Below, piece by piece: positions 37,761 to 50,341 of a stretch of DNA of 64,000 nt (positions are counted from its first letter, which is position 1; the number at the start of each line of letters is the position of its first letter). This DNA is from Octopus sinensis (taxonomy: Eukaryota). The notes under the pieces were generated by a model that saw only the letters and a program-made list of their open reading frames with translations, had not been told where the DNA came from and did not search any database. Location: assembly GCF_006345805.1 (NCBI RefSeq), contig NC_043005.1, positions 71,300,001 to 71,364,000 of the forward strand, read 5' to 3'. Both the position numbers and the translations under genes were made by a program.

Positions 37761-37968
37761 AATGATAATAATAATAACAATAACATCAAAAAATATCATA
37801 AGAATGAGAATCCAGGTTTGAAATTTCCCCAAGACACCTGATAAAGGCTGGAGGGTATATCAGCCAAAATGTTGTGTTAACAACAAACAAGATGAGGACA
37901 AATATCCATTAATTATAAGTAATGTAAATAATGTACATAATTCCTCATCTCTTAAATATAGAACTGTA
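37658..37968 (+). mobile_element. tRNA-head/(AAT)n/HHR/PLE-tail short element
   Basis: A/B-box-like head, (AAT)n spacer, HHR fold at 37834-37877, tail shared with 46983-47075. Confidence 0.65.
37834..37877 (+). ncRNA. Decayed minimal type I hammerhead (extra A10)
   Basis: ACAC-CTGATAA-A-GGCTG(10)CAGCC-AAAA-T-GTT-GTGT. The three deviant positions (G8, G12, C15.2) are canonical in the inverted sister copy. Confidence 0.55.
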
Positions 37969-38002
37969 TGTATATACATGTATATACATATATACATATA
38001 TA

Positions 38003-38084
<82 letters not shown>

Positions 38085-38086
<2 letters not shown>

Positions 38087-39100
38087 TTGCAACACCTATC
38101 TGTGTTCGGTTTGTCCTTACACAGAGGCCATCCGGATTCCCGTTTGTGCCGTGAACAGGAATTAATCTTCTCTCTTCGCTCTTATACGCCATTTGGTCTC
38201 AACTCTCCCCCCTCCTCATCTAACCCCCCTCTCCCCCCTCCTCACCTATCCCCCCGAACCCTACTTCTTCAGTCCTTCATCCTTTCACCCCTACTCCCCT
38301 TCCCTTCTTCCCTCTTTCTCCCTCCCTCCTTCCCTCTTCCCCTTCCTTCTGCTCCCTCACTCCCCTTCTCTCTCCCCCTCTCCCTCTTTCCTCCTTCCCC
38401 CCTCCTTCTCCCCCTCCTCTCTCTCCCCTCCTCTCCTCTCCTCCCTCTCCCCGCCCCCTCCTCTCCTCTCCTCCCTCTCCCCGCCCCCTCCTCTCCTCTT
38501 CCCCCTCTCCTCCCCCTTCTCTCCCCATCCCCCTCTTCTCCTCTCTCCACACTACACCACACGACTTTACACATCACATCATATATGATGTGCCATACTA
38601 ATACATACTAATACGTACTAATACATACTAATACATACTAATACATACACCAACCCCATACATACGCACGTCCAGACCTCTCATACGCACTAATACTCTC
38701 TCATACACACACACACCCTTATACATACTAATACATACTAATATATACACCAACCCTATACATACACACGTCCAGACCTCTCCTACGCACTAATAGCTGG
38801 TCATTCAACCCTATTATCAACCCTATTATCTCCCCTTATTTCGCTCTCGCGTCTCATGTTTGATCTTTGACCTCTGGCCGAAATCAGATCGCCATGTTGA
38901 TTCGTTAGTTACTGCACGCATTTTTTTCTCTCCTTCTTTCTGTGTTTTTTTTCTCTCTGTGTATATTTCTGTTGAAGAGCGTAGGCTCGAAACGTTAAAG
39001 ACTTGTTTTATTTATATTTCCTGAGCGCCATACTAATACAATTGTTTGTTTGTTTCCCACCTGCCTTCGTCTTTTGTCTATTTGCATAAAGCTTCCTGTT
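38085..39100 (+). mobile_element. Penelope-like element 3' end: GIY-YIG C-terminus, C/T-rich tract, pseudo-LTR with HHR fold (38966-38999)
   Basis: SVFGLSLHRGHPDSRLCREQELIFSLRSYTPFGLN, then a 350-bp polypyrimidine tract, CATACTAATA repeats, and TTT-CTGTTGA-A-GAGC(GTAG)GCTC-GAAAC-GTT/AAA. Confidence 0.7.
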
Positions 39101-39167
39101 ATATATATATATACACATATATATACATATATATATATATATATTCATACATACATACATATATATA

Positions 39168-39200
<33 letters not shown>

Positions 39201-39848
39201 ATATATGTATGTATGTATGTATGTTTGCATGCATGCATATTTTCAGGTGTTGGGTATGCAATCAGAAGACCATAGGTTTGATTCCTGGGTTCAAAGCCAT
39301 GGAGTGAGACATGAGTTCACTGAAAATGAGTAAATTGTTATAAAATAATTATGAGTGATGGAAGCAGTATTAATAACAACAAAGTAATCTGTATATCCAC
39401 CTTAATGTGGACATATTGATAAAGTGCTAAATAAGGTTATATTCATCCTGGGAACTCCTCTCATATAGACACATAGTGCATAAAAGCATAGGCATATCAC
39501 GACAGATGAAAATCGTCTGGCATGAGTGTTAGAATTGCCAGATCACATGATTTCAGTATACTGCACTTTCTCAGTGACAGACAAAACTGAATATTGCTAG
39601 GCATTTAGTCAAACAACTTGACTGCCATTTTTCAAACAGATTATTATCTATGGACCAAGTGTCACATTACATTCCAGTCAATTTGTCATCTATATCTAAT
39701 TTATTCTCTTAGTTAAACCCCAGGCCAACTCTGACTGAACAGATTTATGACCAAAGACATTGTAGTTATGATCATCTCATCTTTTTATTACAGTTAATGT
39801 TTCTAGTACTACAATATCCAATATGGCTTGACTATTTTAAATAGAGTA

Positions 39849-40297
39849 AGACAGACTGCAGGGAAATTTGACTGCTTTTTTAAAACCAGTTTGAAGGGAA
39901 ATTTGACTGCTTTTTAAAGACAGATTGTAAGGAAATTTGACTGCTTTTGTACAGAAAGAATGCAGGGAAATTTGACTGCTTTTGTAAAGAAAGAATGCAG
40001 GGAAATTTGACTGCATTTTTAAAGACAGTTTGAAGGATAAATTTGACTGCTTTTTTAAAGATAGTTTGAAGGGAAATTTGACTACTTTTTTAAAGACAGA
40101 CTGTAGGAAATTTGACTGCTTTTTTAAAGACAGACTGCAGGGAAATTTGACTCCTTTTTTTAAGACGGACTGCAGGGTAATTTGACTGTTTTTTTAAAGA
40201 CAGACTGCAAGGAAATTTGACTGCTTTTTACAGACAGATTGAAGGGAAATTTGACTGCTTTTTAAAGACAGATTGCAGGGAAATTTGACTGCTTTTT
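39849..40297 (+). repeat. Minisatellite, 13 units of ~35 bp (GACAGACTGCAGGGAAATTTGACTGCTTTTTTAAA)
   Basis: 13 AATTTGACT cores counted at ~35-bp spacing. Confidence 0.92.
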
Positions 40298-41589
40298 GAT
40301 AGATTGTGTAAGCACCAAAGCACTCATCAGTTGGCTCCTACATTTCTGAGTTAGCAGTTGCGTAAATTCATTTTTACTTATGGCAATATAAAGTTCTTGT
40401 GAACAAAAATAAAACTTTATCTATTTCATGAAACAAAGTTGGTTGCTAGTTGTTATACTGGCTTTTGAAACTGCTGTTATTTTTGTTGTTGTCTTCATTG
40501 TTTGCTGTTTCACTTTATCAATTATCATTGCTATTGTTGTGGTTGTTATTGTAACTGATATTCAATGTAAGGTTACAGAGTTATGGCAGTTCTTATCAGC
40601 TTCCAGCATTTTGAGCGTCATAGAGTCCGTTGATCTTTTCAAAACAAAAATCCAACGCAACTGATTTAACTTTTACATTGGTTTTCTTGTAAATATTTTA
40701 TGAAATGCGATTGTGAATAATACCCATATCAAATACTTCATGTCTTTTAAAGAGAGATATCTATTAAACTAATCAATGGTTATTCTACAGCTAAGAGATC
40801 TTTTTTTTAACCTTTAAGTATTCACAATACTAATAGCATTATGATATGTTGATAAACCCACACACATACACACATATTTACTCACATTTATATAGATTTA
40901 TATACAAATAATGAAATGATGCTACTAAGAAAACAGTGAATTCCTAAGTAATTTAGTGGGAATTACATTCTACAAAAGATAGAGTGTGAATAGAGGAGAC
41001 TATAGTTATACAAAAAAGAAAAAAATATTGTCTTTATAAGGAAACATATTTAAGTGGCTGAAAGCTAATGAGTTATAATTACATACCAGTTATTCAGATG
41101 TTTAAATAGTTAAAAATTATTCTAAACAATAGTGATACACAAAAATGATTATACATATCATACATAAATAAGAAAATATCATCATTATCATTCTCATTAT
41201 CATCATTATCATTATTACCATCATTATCACTTCCATTATTATCATATTTTAACGTCCATCTTTCATGCTGGCATGGGTTAGTTGGTTTAAGAGGATGTCA
41301 CAAGTTCCAGGACTGCATGCATGCAAATGTTTGCTTTGGCTGGATATTCTTCATAATGTTAACCTCTTTAAAGAATGTAGTGGGTACATTTTTATTTGTG
41401 GCACCAGCAGCACTTTTGACTGGAGAGAGCTACAGTAGAGAAGAAAGCAGGTTTATGTTCAGAGATGAGAGGATAAAGTATGAGAAAAGAAGCTAAGATC
41501 AAACAGGGTTCTTGCTGCAGAGGATATATTTGGCTACTCGCATAAAGAAGTGAGTGTATTAAAAATCTGCAGATAATCTGTTATGCTCA

Positions 41590-41850
41590 TGGTAACCAGA
41601 ATAGTAACAGAGTAATAAACCTACATATTTCGTTTTTGGATTTGGTTTGCAAGATTCTTTATGTGAGTTCATGTGTTGAAGCATGTTCTGTTGTGTCTAG
41701 GGAGAGTCATTCTCTTTTGGTGCTTTATAATTTAACACACGCACTGGTAAAATTTCCACTTATTTCATTTTTATTTTTCTAAAATTTTCCTTGCGGCTTG
41801 CAACCTTTACAATAGAATCAAAACTATTGAAAACGTTGTAAGAAGCAACA
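41590..41850. mobile_element. PLE pseudo-LTR-like fragment ending in a short head-to-head inversion
   Basis: CAACCTTTACAATAG-AATCAAAA-CTATTGAAAACGTTG inverted pair with an HHR-like fold. Confidence 0.35.
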
Positions 41851-41884
41851 ATATTGATAACCTTTTCTACTCATGTAATAAAAG

Positions 41885-42330
41885 GATGTATACAAAACAA
41901 AACTCAGCAATACCATACATGTCAGACTCTTCAATAGCACCATACTATTTGTGCCTCCTTACATGCAAGTGGGATGTGGGCTACTACAAAGACGATAGAA
42001 CATCAATTAGCTATAAAGCAAAGGGTCATGGAAATATCCATGCTAGGAATATCATTATGGGAGTATATTCCAAATGAGATAAATCGAGAACGGAGTAAAG
42101 TGATTGGTGTGACCATGGAATACTAAAAGTATAGGTTCCAATGAGCTGGATCATCACAAAATTTACAGACAACAGACAGACCTGTGCAGTTGCTGAGTGG
42201 TATCAAAAAGATCAGAAAAGACCACTTGGTAAAGGCCTCCATGATGATGGAAAGACCATTTAGTTAAGCAACTTGGAAAAGAATGATGCAATCAAGGCAG
42301 AATTGGAAGTGCATTGTGACCAGTGATATA
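41885..42330 (+). pseudogene. RTE-1-like LINE C-terminal relic
   Basis: RLFNSTIL, ASGMWATTK, FTDNRQTCAVAEWYQKDQKRPLG (DNRWTRAVTEWYP..KRPxGRP). Confidence 0.7.
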
Positions 42331-42419
42331 TAACAGCATTTGATGGTTTAGATGATGCTATACTACAGTTGTATAATAAATCCAGTTTTGGTGAGTTTGG
42401 ATTTGGTTGCAAATTACTT

Positions 42420-42630
42420 TGGATATGTGAGTGAGTGTTTATGAATGTATGCATGTGTAACTTAATCAATGCTGAGTAACAGAATGAACAATTTGAGGTA
42501 TATAGATATTAAAGCAAAATATATATATATATATTACTCTTTTGATGTCAACTCTACTCAGTTTTGTTACTGCTCATATATTGAGCAACCATGCAGAGTT
42601 CCAGAAGGAAAATGCATTCATATTATGTGT
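42420..42630 (+). repeat. Inverted paralogue of the Helitron-flanking block (empty site)
   Basis: Matches the reverse complement of 37174-37295 joined to 33870-33957. Confidence 0.8.
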
Positions 42631-42741
42631 GTGCATGTGAGTGTGCACACATGTGTGTCTCTGTGTGTATGTACATACATATATAAAAAATGCATACATA
42701 AATACATGCATGCATACATGCATATATACATATACATATAC

Positions 42742-42773
<32 letters not shown>

Positions 42774-42774
42774 A

Positions 42775-42880
42775 TAAGAAACATTGCCAGATTAGACTGG
42801 AGCCTGGTGCAGCCTTCTGGCTTCCCAGAACCCCGGTCGAACCGTCCAACCCATGCTAGCATGGAGAACGGACGTTAAAC

Positions 42881-42905
<25 letters not shown>
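42775..42905 (+). mobile_element. RTE 3' tail (short)
   Basis: Ends GGACGTTAAACGATGATG. Confidence 0.75.
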
Positions 42906-42913
<8 letters not shown>

Positions 42914-43450
42914 ATATATATATATATATATACACACACATATATATATATGTGTATGTATGTATGTATGTATGTATACATAAAAAAACGGAGGTGAAAA
43001 TAGCACAGAAGTAAGTCTATGACATTTCAATTAATAGAGAATTTAATAAAACTTACTTTTAAAAATTATATAACTAAAATATTACAGGTTTCAATGAATC
43101 TCATCATATCAAATATCAGTAAACATTTATGAAAATTCTAAGAAAAAACAGTTTGTCTTCTCTCTGGGGATCAAGAACATGTCTCTTGACCCCCAGACAG
43201 AAGATAAACTATTTTTACTTCGAATTTTTATAAATATCTACTGCTATTTGATAAGATGAGATTCATCAAAACTGGTAATATTTTATTTATATAATTTTAA
43301 AAATCATTTTTATTAAATTCCCTCTTAAGTTGAAATGTCTTAGACTTCCTTCTGTGCTATTTCCACCTCCATTTATATATAAAATTTGATTTGTATAGAT
43401 CTCTAACCTTTTTTCAACTGTGTACATATACATATATGTACATATATACA

Positions 43451-43486
<36 letters not shown>

Positions 43487-43629
43487 TATCCATATATATA
43501 TATGTATATATATAAATATATATATATACATGAATATATATTTATACATGTATATATTTTTATATATATATACATGTATATATATGTGTGTATTTTTCCC
43601 TTGTTAACAATTAACATGGAATATATATA

Positions 43630-43825
43630 TATATAGGGAGAATTTGTGAAAAAAACAAAAGACAAAAACAGGTGGTGTAGAAAACAAACAGATGTATTAG
43701 TATAATGCTCAGGAATTGAAAACTTCTTTTACGTTTCGAGCCTACGCTTTTCCACAGAAAGGAACACAGAAAGAAATAAGGAGGGAAACAAGGAGAGAAA
43801 AGAAATGTGTGTACTGGCTACCGAT
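43630..43825 (-). mobile_element. PLE pseudo-LTR-like end with CUGUGGA HHR fold (43726-43761)
   Basis: CTTT-CTGTGGA-A-AAGC(GTAG)GCTC-GAAAC-GTA/AAAG on the minus strand. Confidence 0.65.
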
Positions 43826-43827
43826 AC

Positions 43828-43897
<70 letters not shown>

Positions 43898-45180
43898 CTA
43901 TATATATGGTACCCTCACTTGTGCTACTTCCATGGAAAGAGCACCCAGTGTACTATGTAAAGTGGTTGGTATTAGGAAGGGCATCCAGCCATACAAGTTA
44001 CAATTACCTCAGTTTTTTCAACCAATGATATTACTTGCTGCTATTTAGTCCTTATATCCTCTTTAGCCAAAACATCACACATATAGAACCTCCCCATGCA
44101 CATACACACACACACACACTCATATGCATAGTTACAAATAATCACAAACAACTAACTCTTTATATTTGTTGAAAACAGCTCCAATTATGCAATATTAATA
44201 ACATTCTTTCTCCCACTATTGTTATCATAATTATTCATTATTTTTTTTTTCTAAACATATTATCTCGTACTTTCATTAATAAATTTCGATTTCTTGATTT
44301 AAATAGATAATTTTATCGCTTTGGTGAAACCATTTCAGTTTTATTAATATTTTAAGAGGACAGTGAATGCGAGAGAAGTTGTAGATGAGGAGAAAGTTCA
44401 AGGGCAAGAGGTGTATAGATGTAGAGATAGGGGAATAGATAGATAGATACACAGATAAACAGAGAGGGAGCAAAAAGGAACAAACAATGACAGAGAAATA
44501 AAAGGAAGCATCCATTTTGTTATTACTTCAGAAATATATATACATTGTTCTAAATAATTTGCCATATAATTATACATCCTGTATTGTTTCAATCTAACTC
44601 TTCAGTGGCTTTTACAAATTTCTGAAAGCCATGACCTATAGAGAAAAAGAAAATTTTGTATGGTTGATTAAACTGCTAGAAATAGCAGCCATATCTCCAC
44701 TAAGTCATACACATTGTTTCCATAAAAGAAGGACAGATTGGAGAATGTGGTCCTTAGTATATAGAGACAGGATAGTCATGGGTGAAGTGCATTGCATCAA
44801 AGGTTTGCTCAAGTGTGGCTAATCTAAGGATAAATAACAATCAAAAGAGTCTCTATGTGTTTGGAAATGATAGCCAAAACACTCTCAAATCACATTGTTA
44901 CACTTGTTACAATTCGAGAATATTGTCTCTAATATAGAAAAAGTTGGGTAGGCTTAGGAGGAAATTTTTCATCATAAATCTGCTCAAGAAATAATTTGTG
45001 AAAACAAAAGATTCATCCTGCTTGAGAAAAAAGAAGGACAGATTGGAGGATGCAGTCCTTTGGTATACATGTGTATGTGAAAGAAAAGGAGAGAAGGAAT
45101 ATATGCACATGCATGTATATGCATGTGTGTCATCATCATCATCACCATCATCATCGTCGTTGTCGTCGTCGTCGTCGTCG

Positions 45181-45249
<69 letters not shown>

Positions 45250-45251
<2 letters not shown>

Positions 45252-46725
45252 GTCATCATCATCATCATCACTTAATGTCCATTGTCCATGTTGGCATGGG
45301 TTGGACGGTTTGACTGGGCTGGCTTGCTGGAAGGCTGCACCAGGCGCTAGTTTGATTTGGCCTGGTTTTCTATGGCTGGATGTCCTTCCTAATGCCAACC
45401 ACTCTGAGAGTGTAATGGGTGCTTTTACATACCACCGGTATCTGCTATGACTGTGATTTTGCTCAGCTTGATTGGTCTTCTTCTCAAGCAGTACATAATG
45501 TCAAAGGTTTTGGTCATTGCCTCCATGAGGCTCAACACTTGAAAGGAACTTGGCCACTTTGTCTCCATCAGGCCCAGTGCTCGAAAGGAACTCAGCCACC
45601 TTGCTTCCATGAGGCCAAATGCTCAAAATGAACACAGCCACTTTGCCTCTATGAGACCCAACGTTCAAAGGTTGATTTCTTACATGTCACCAGCATGGGT
45701 GCACTTGGCTTGGCAGGACCTCATAAGCAGAGCACATCGCCAGAGGTTTCAGTCGGTAGTCATTGCCTCTGCGAGGTTCCAAATTCGAAGGTCATGCTTC
45801 ACCACCTCGTCCTACGTTTTTCTGTGTCTACATCTACCACAGGTCCCCTCCACAATTAGGGATTGGCACTTCTTTACACAGCTGTCCTCGACGATATGCA
45901 TCACAGGACCATACCAGCACAGTCATCTCTCTTGCACACCATATCTAATTCCTCTTATGCCTAACTTTTCTCTCAAGATGCTTACACTCTGTTGAACATG
46001 TACACTAACATTACACATCGAGTGAAGGATACTGGCTTCATTTCTTTAAAGCCTACACATGTCCTCAGCTGTTATAGCCCATGTTTCACTGCCATGCAGC
46101 ATAGCTGTTCACACACAGGCATCTGCCTTTCACTCTGAGAGAGAGGACAGCAGGGGTAGGATCTCCCTGAACATTTCCCAACCTAATCTTATTCTCAGAC
46201 TTACACTCTCAGAACATCCAGCTCTACTACTAACCTAGATACTGGAAGCTATCAACTACCTCTAGCTTTCCCCACTGGCAGTTGATGGAGTCTATTTTCC
46301 ACGCATGTTCAGCAATTACTATGCCTGTTTACCTTCCATATAGAAAAACTAGTTTCTCTGTTAACATTCCTTTGATATTGCTGCACCTCTTATGTGTCTA
46401 AGCCTTACACTGGGTGCATCTTATGGAGTTTCTACCAACACCTTTTTACAGACTGAGCAGGGCCATCTACCTCCAGGGATTTGTGATTTGTCTGCCTTGC
46501 TACTTAGTATAACTTTGGTTTTTGCTAGGTGAACTCTAAGGCCTTTCGATTCTAGACCTTGTTTCCATACCTGGAACTTCATCTCTAGTTCAGATGGTGA
46601 TTCAGATATAAGAGCAAGGTCATCAGCAAAGCAGAGCTCCCAGGAACAGCCTGTCTTGAATTCCTCTGTTATTGCTTTGAGAACTATGATTAACAAGAGG
46701 GGGCTGAGCAACGAGTATGTCAAAG
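45250..46725 (-). mobile_element. 5'-truncated RTE LINE with RT, zinc-finger-like region, C-terminus and 3' tail
   Basis: SPLLLIIVL, ELCFADDLAL, GLRVHLAKTKV, WPCSVCKK; continues to the C-terminus and a (GAT)n tail. Confidence 0.88.
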
Positions 46726-46982
46726 TATGTCAAATAAAATACAACATAAATTTTTGATTTATTAAAATTAATTCTAATTCTGGATGATGTAACATAGTTA
46801 CCAAATGGTAATTAGGAAGGGGAGATAACCTCTTGAGGAGGGGAGATAACCTCAAGAATCAAGAATATTTCCAAAACTAACATTCCATTACAGAAAAAGG
46901 CTTATTGTTTCAAGTTGTCCAAGATGCCAAGCAGTAGGACTGAAACTGAAACCATGTTGTTGGAAAGCAAACATTTTAACAC

Positions 46983-47075
46983 ACAGTTCTATATTTAAGA
47001 GATGAAGAATTATGTACATTATTCATATTATTTACATTTGACAGATATTTGTCCTCATCTTGTTTGTTGTTAACA
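46983..47075 (-). mobile_element. 3' tail of the tRNA-HHR element
   Basis: Matches 37875-37968. Confidence 0.65.
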
Positions 47076-47357
47076 ACATCACCAACTTTTAATGTCCATC
47101 TTCCATACAGGTATGAGTTGGATAGATTGACAGTATCTGATGGATCCGAGGACTGTACTATGTTACAGTGTCTGCCTTGGCCTGGTTTCTATTGCTGGGC
47201 AACCTCCCTAATGCCAACGACCTTTCAGAGTGCACTGGATGCTTTGTTGTGGAACTAGCAAAAATAAGGTCACCATAGAGATTCTATGGCTAAGATTCTC
47301 TTCAAATGAGTGATGCTGTAGTAAGGGAAGATGACTTTATTCATATGTATAGACCAC

Positions 47358-47392
<35 letters not shown>

Positions 47393-47774
47393 CTTAGAAA
47401 CAAACACATACATACATACAAACATGCATATTTAATGTAGATATATCCTTACAGAGTTTTGGAATATGGCCTTATCAAAGATTAAAATTCCAATCATTTT
47501 ATCAAGCATCATTGTTACTTGTACTATTGTTCCAGGTGATTCTTAAGAGTATTCTTATATTTCTTGAAGATGATATACATATTTAATTCTTGAACTTTTC
47601 AAATTGTATTATATTTTACTGTACTTTTATATCTCATAACCATGTCAGTTATCGTGTCACTTAACTTTTTAGATTGCAATAGTTGATATACACATATATA
47701 TGTGTGTGTGCGTGTGTGTGTAGGTAGGTATATATAAGTATATTATATATATAAGTGATGATTATGATATATAT

Positions 47775-48190
47775 ATCATCATCATCATCATCATCGTTTC
47801 ACGTCCACTTTCCATGCTAGCATGAGTTGGACGATTTGACTGAGGGCTGCCGAACCAGATGGCTGCAACTGGCTTCAATCTTGATCTGGCAGAGTTTCTA
47901 CAGCTGGATACCCTTCCTAATGCCAACTACTCCGAGAGTGTAGTGGGTGTTTTTATGTGTCACCGGCACGGGGGCCAGTCAGGCGGTACTGACAACGACC
48001 TCGCTCAAAATGTTTTTACACGTGCCACCGGCACAGGTACCAGTAAGGCGATGCTGGTAACGATCACTCTTGAATGGTGCCACTTACGTGTCACCAGCAC
48101 GGAGGCCAGTTAGCCACTCTTGCAACAATCATGGACGGATGGTGCTCTTAGCACCCTATTTGCACGGGGCTCAAGTGTCAGTAAGGCGAT
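47775..48190 (-). mobile_element. RTE 3' tail
   Basis: CATCATCGTTTCACGTCC... with internal GTGCCACCGGCAC repeats. Confidence 0.75.
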
Positions 48191-48192
48191 AT

Positions 48193-48225
<33 letters not shown>

Positions 48226-48238
48226 TATATATATATAC

Positions 48239-48295
<57 letters not shown>

Positions 48296-48331
48296 CATTA
48301 TATATATATAATACATATATATATAGGATTA

Positions 48332-48409
<78 letters not shown>

Positions 48410-48412
<3 letters not shown>

Positions 48413-48597
48413 AGGAGAATTCCCCAAAAATAAAAGACGAAAACAGGTGATGTACCAAAACAAACAGATGTATTAGTATAATGCTCAGGAAGTGAAAAAG
48501 TCTTTAACGCTTCAAGACTATGCTCTTCCACAGAAAGGAACACAGAAAGAAACAAGGAGAGAAGAAAACAATATGTAGTGGCTAGCGATCTATCATG

Positions 48598-48600
<3 letters not shown>
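48410..48600 (-). mobile_element. PLE pseudo-LTR-like end with decayed CUGUGGA HHR fold (48502-48537)
   Basis: Homologous to 43630-43825. Confidence 0.65.
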
Positions 48601-48657
<57 letters not shown>

Positions 48658-48823
48658 GAGGTAAACACTTAATGTGTAACAAGGTGGAAGAAAAGAGTAC
48701 TCAAATACCAGTGGTAGAGTAATATGCTTTATTAAAGCAGCAGAAAATTAAACAAAATCTGTTATATATATACATATATATATACATATACATATATACA
48801 TATATATATATGTATATGTATAA

Positions 48824-48863
<40 letters not shown>

Positions 48864-48960
48864 AAGCACACATAAAACATATATATATCAATACATATAC
48901 TGATTACACATACATAAATATATATATATATATATATATAGATAGATATAGATATAGAAA

Positions 48961-48991
<31 letters not shown>

Positions 48992-49044
48992 ATATGTGTG
49001 TGTATGCATGTATTTTCATATATGTGTGTATATATATTTATAAA

Positions 49045-49330
49045 TGAGGGTGAAAAATTTGATATTAATTTAATAATACCATCAATTTAACACCAAGTGG
49101 CTTAGCACATAAAAACCAAGGGAAAAATACAAATTTATACATAAATCTTAGAGAGTGACCACTATGTGGTTCACTCTAGTGCTAAAAATAGCTCTGCTAA
49201 TGGTATAGCCACTAAAAGTTGTTTCCAAGAAGAAATACCACTACATTTAACGTAAGGTTAGTGAAACACAACGAAAAAATAGATTAACCCTGAACAATTG
49301 TTTCATTATTAATGTAATATGCAATTTTAC
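49045..49330 (-). mobile_element. PLE-like terminal fragment
   Basis: 49045-49125 matches the reverse complement of 54335-54417; the end motif ACACCAAGT...AGGGTGA resembles the end of the 580-bp unit. Confidence 0.35.
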
Positions 49331-50063
49331 TCACATAACATCCATAAATCTTCAGCAGAGGTTTGTCTTAAATACAATTTATTAAGTCGCAGCAAGCGTC
49401 AAATACACGTGCGGTTTAATCGCACGTGTGTATATATATACATGTGTGTATATATATACATACTTACACATATATCCATATCAACGCATGTGTATGTATG
49501 TTCATATGTACTTTTATTATAGTTCCTATCATCATTACATTTTTTTTTATACATCATATTTATTTTTTAAAAAATATATATTTGTTTTATTTTCTCCAGT
49601 GTTGTCAGTGAAGCATCTTACTTTAATTTCCTTGACATAAATTTAAATAATGACAGTTTATGATGCTGAATTACTTTTTTACAACTTCCTTCTGTTCAAG
49701 GGATTTCAATGCTGCAAGAATTTGTATGCCAATATACTTCGACAGGCATGGTTTTATTTCAAAAAACACTATAATTACAGATATTTACACTCAATACACA
49801 TTGCTGTTTGTGTTTTATATTTTTTATTAGATTATCATACAATTGTACTTTTTTTCTTAATTTTATGTGTGATGCAGTAGGAAGATTACTTATATTATTA
49901 TATGGGGTTATTATTTTTTAAAAATTTCTTGTTTTTTTTTATGGATTTGTTGTTTGTACCTTTGTTTGTATGTTTGTTTGTTTCATTATCTTATGGCTGC
50001 AACTACTAGAATGAAATTACTTTGTGAGTAATAAAATACATGAAATGAAATTTAATGATATAT

Positions 50064-50127
<64 letters not shown>

Positions 50128-50170
50128 GTATGTATTATATATATTATATATGTATGTATATATATATATG

Positions 50171-50206
<36 letters not shown>

Positions 50207-50341
50207 ATATATATATATATAGATAGATAGATATATATATATGTATATGTATGTGTGTGTGTTTGTTGTGTATTTATATATATATTGTGGTTGTATATGC
50301 ATAAACACACACAGATACATACAGAAACATATGTATATATA

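Noticed and set aside
37931-38611. 226-aa ORF, the longest non-RT ORF
   Set aside because: It is a chimera of a (TA)n read-through, about 40 PLE codons and a Pro/Leu/Ser-rich reading of a polypyrimidine tract.
39849-40297. Regular ~35-bp repeats resembling a CRISPR array
   Set aside because: The units are contiguous with no unique spacers, there are no cas genes, and the DNA is animal; it is a minisatellite.
40295-40335. CTGATGA on the minus strand
   Set aside because: No stem II-GAAA follows; the 7-mer is expected by chance.
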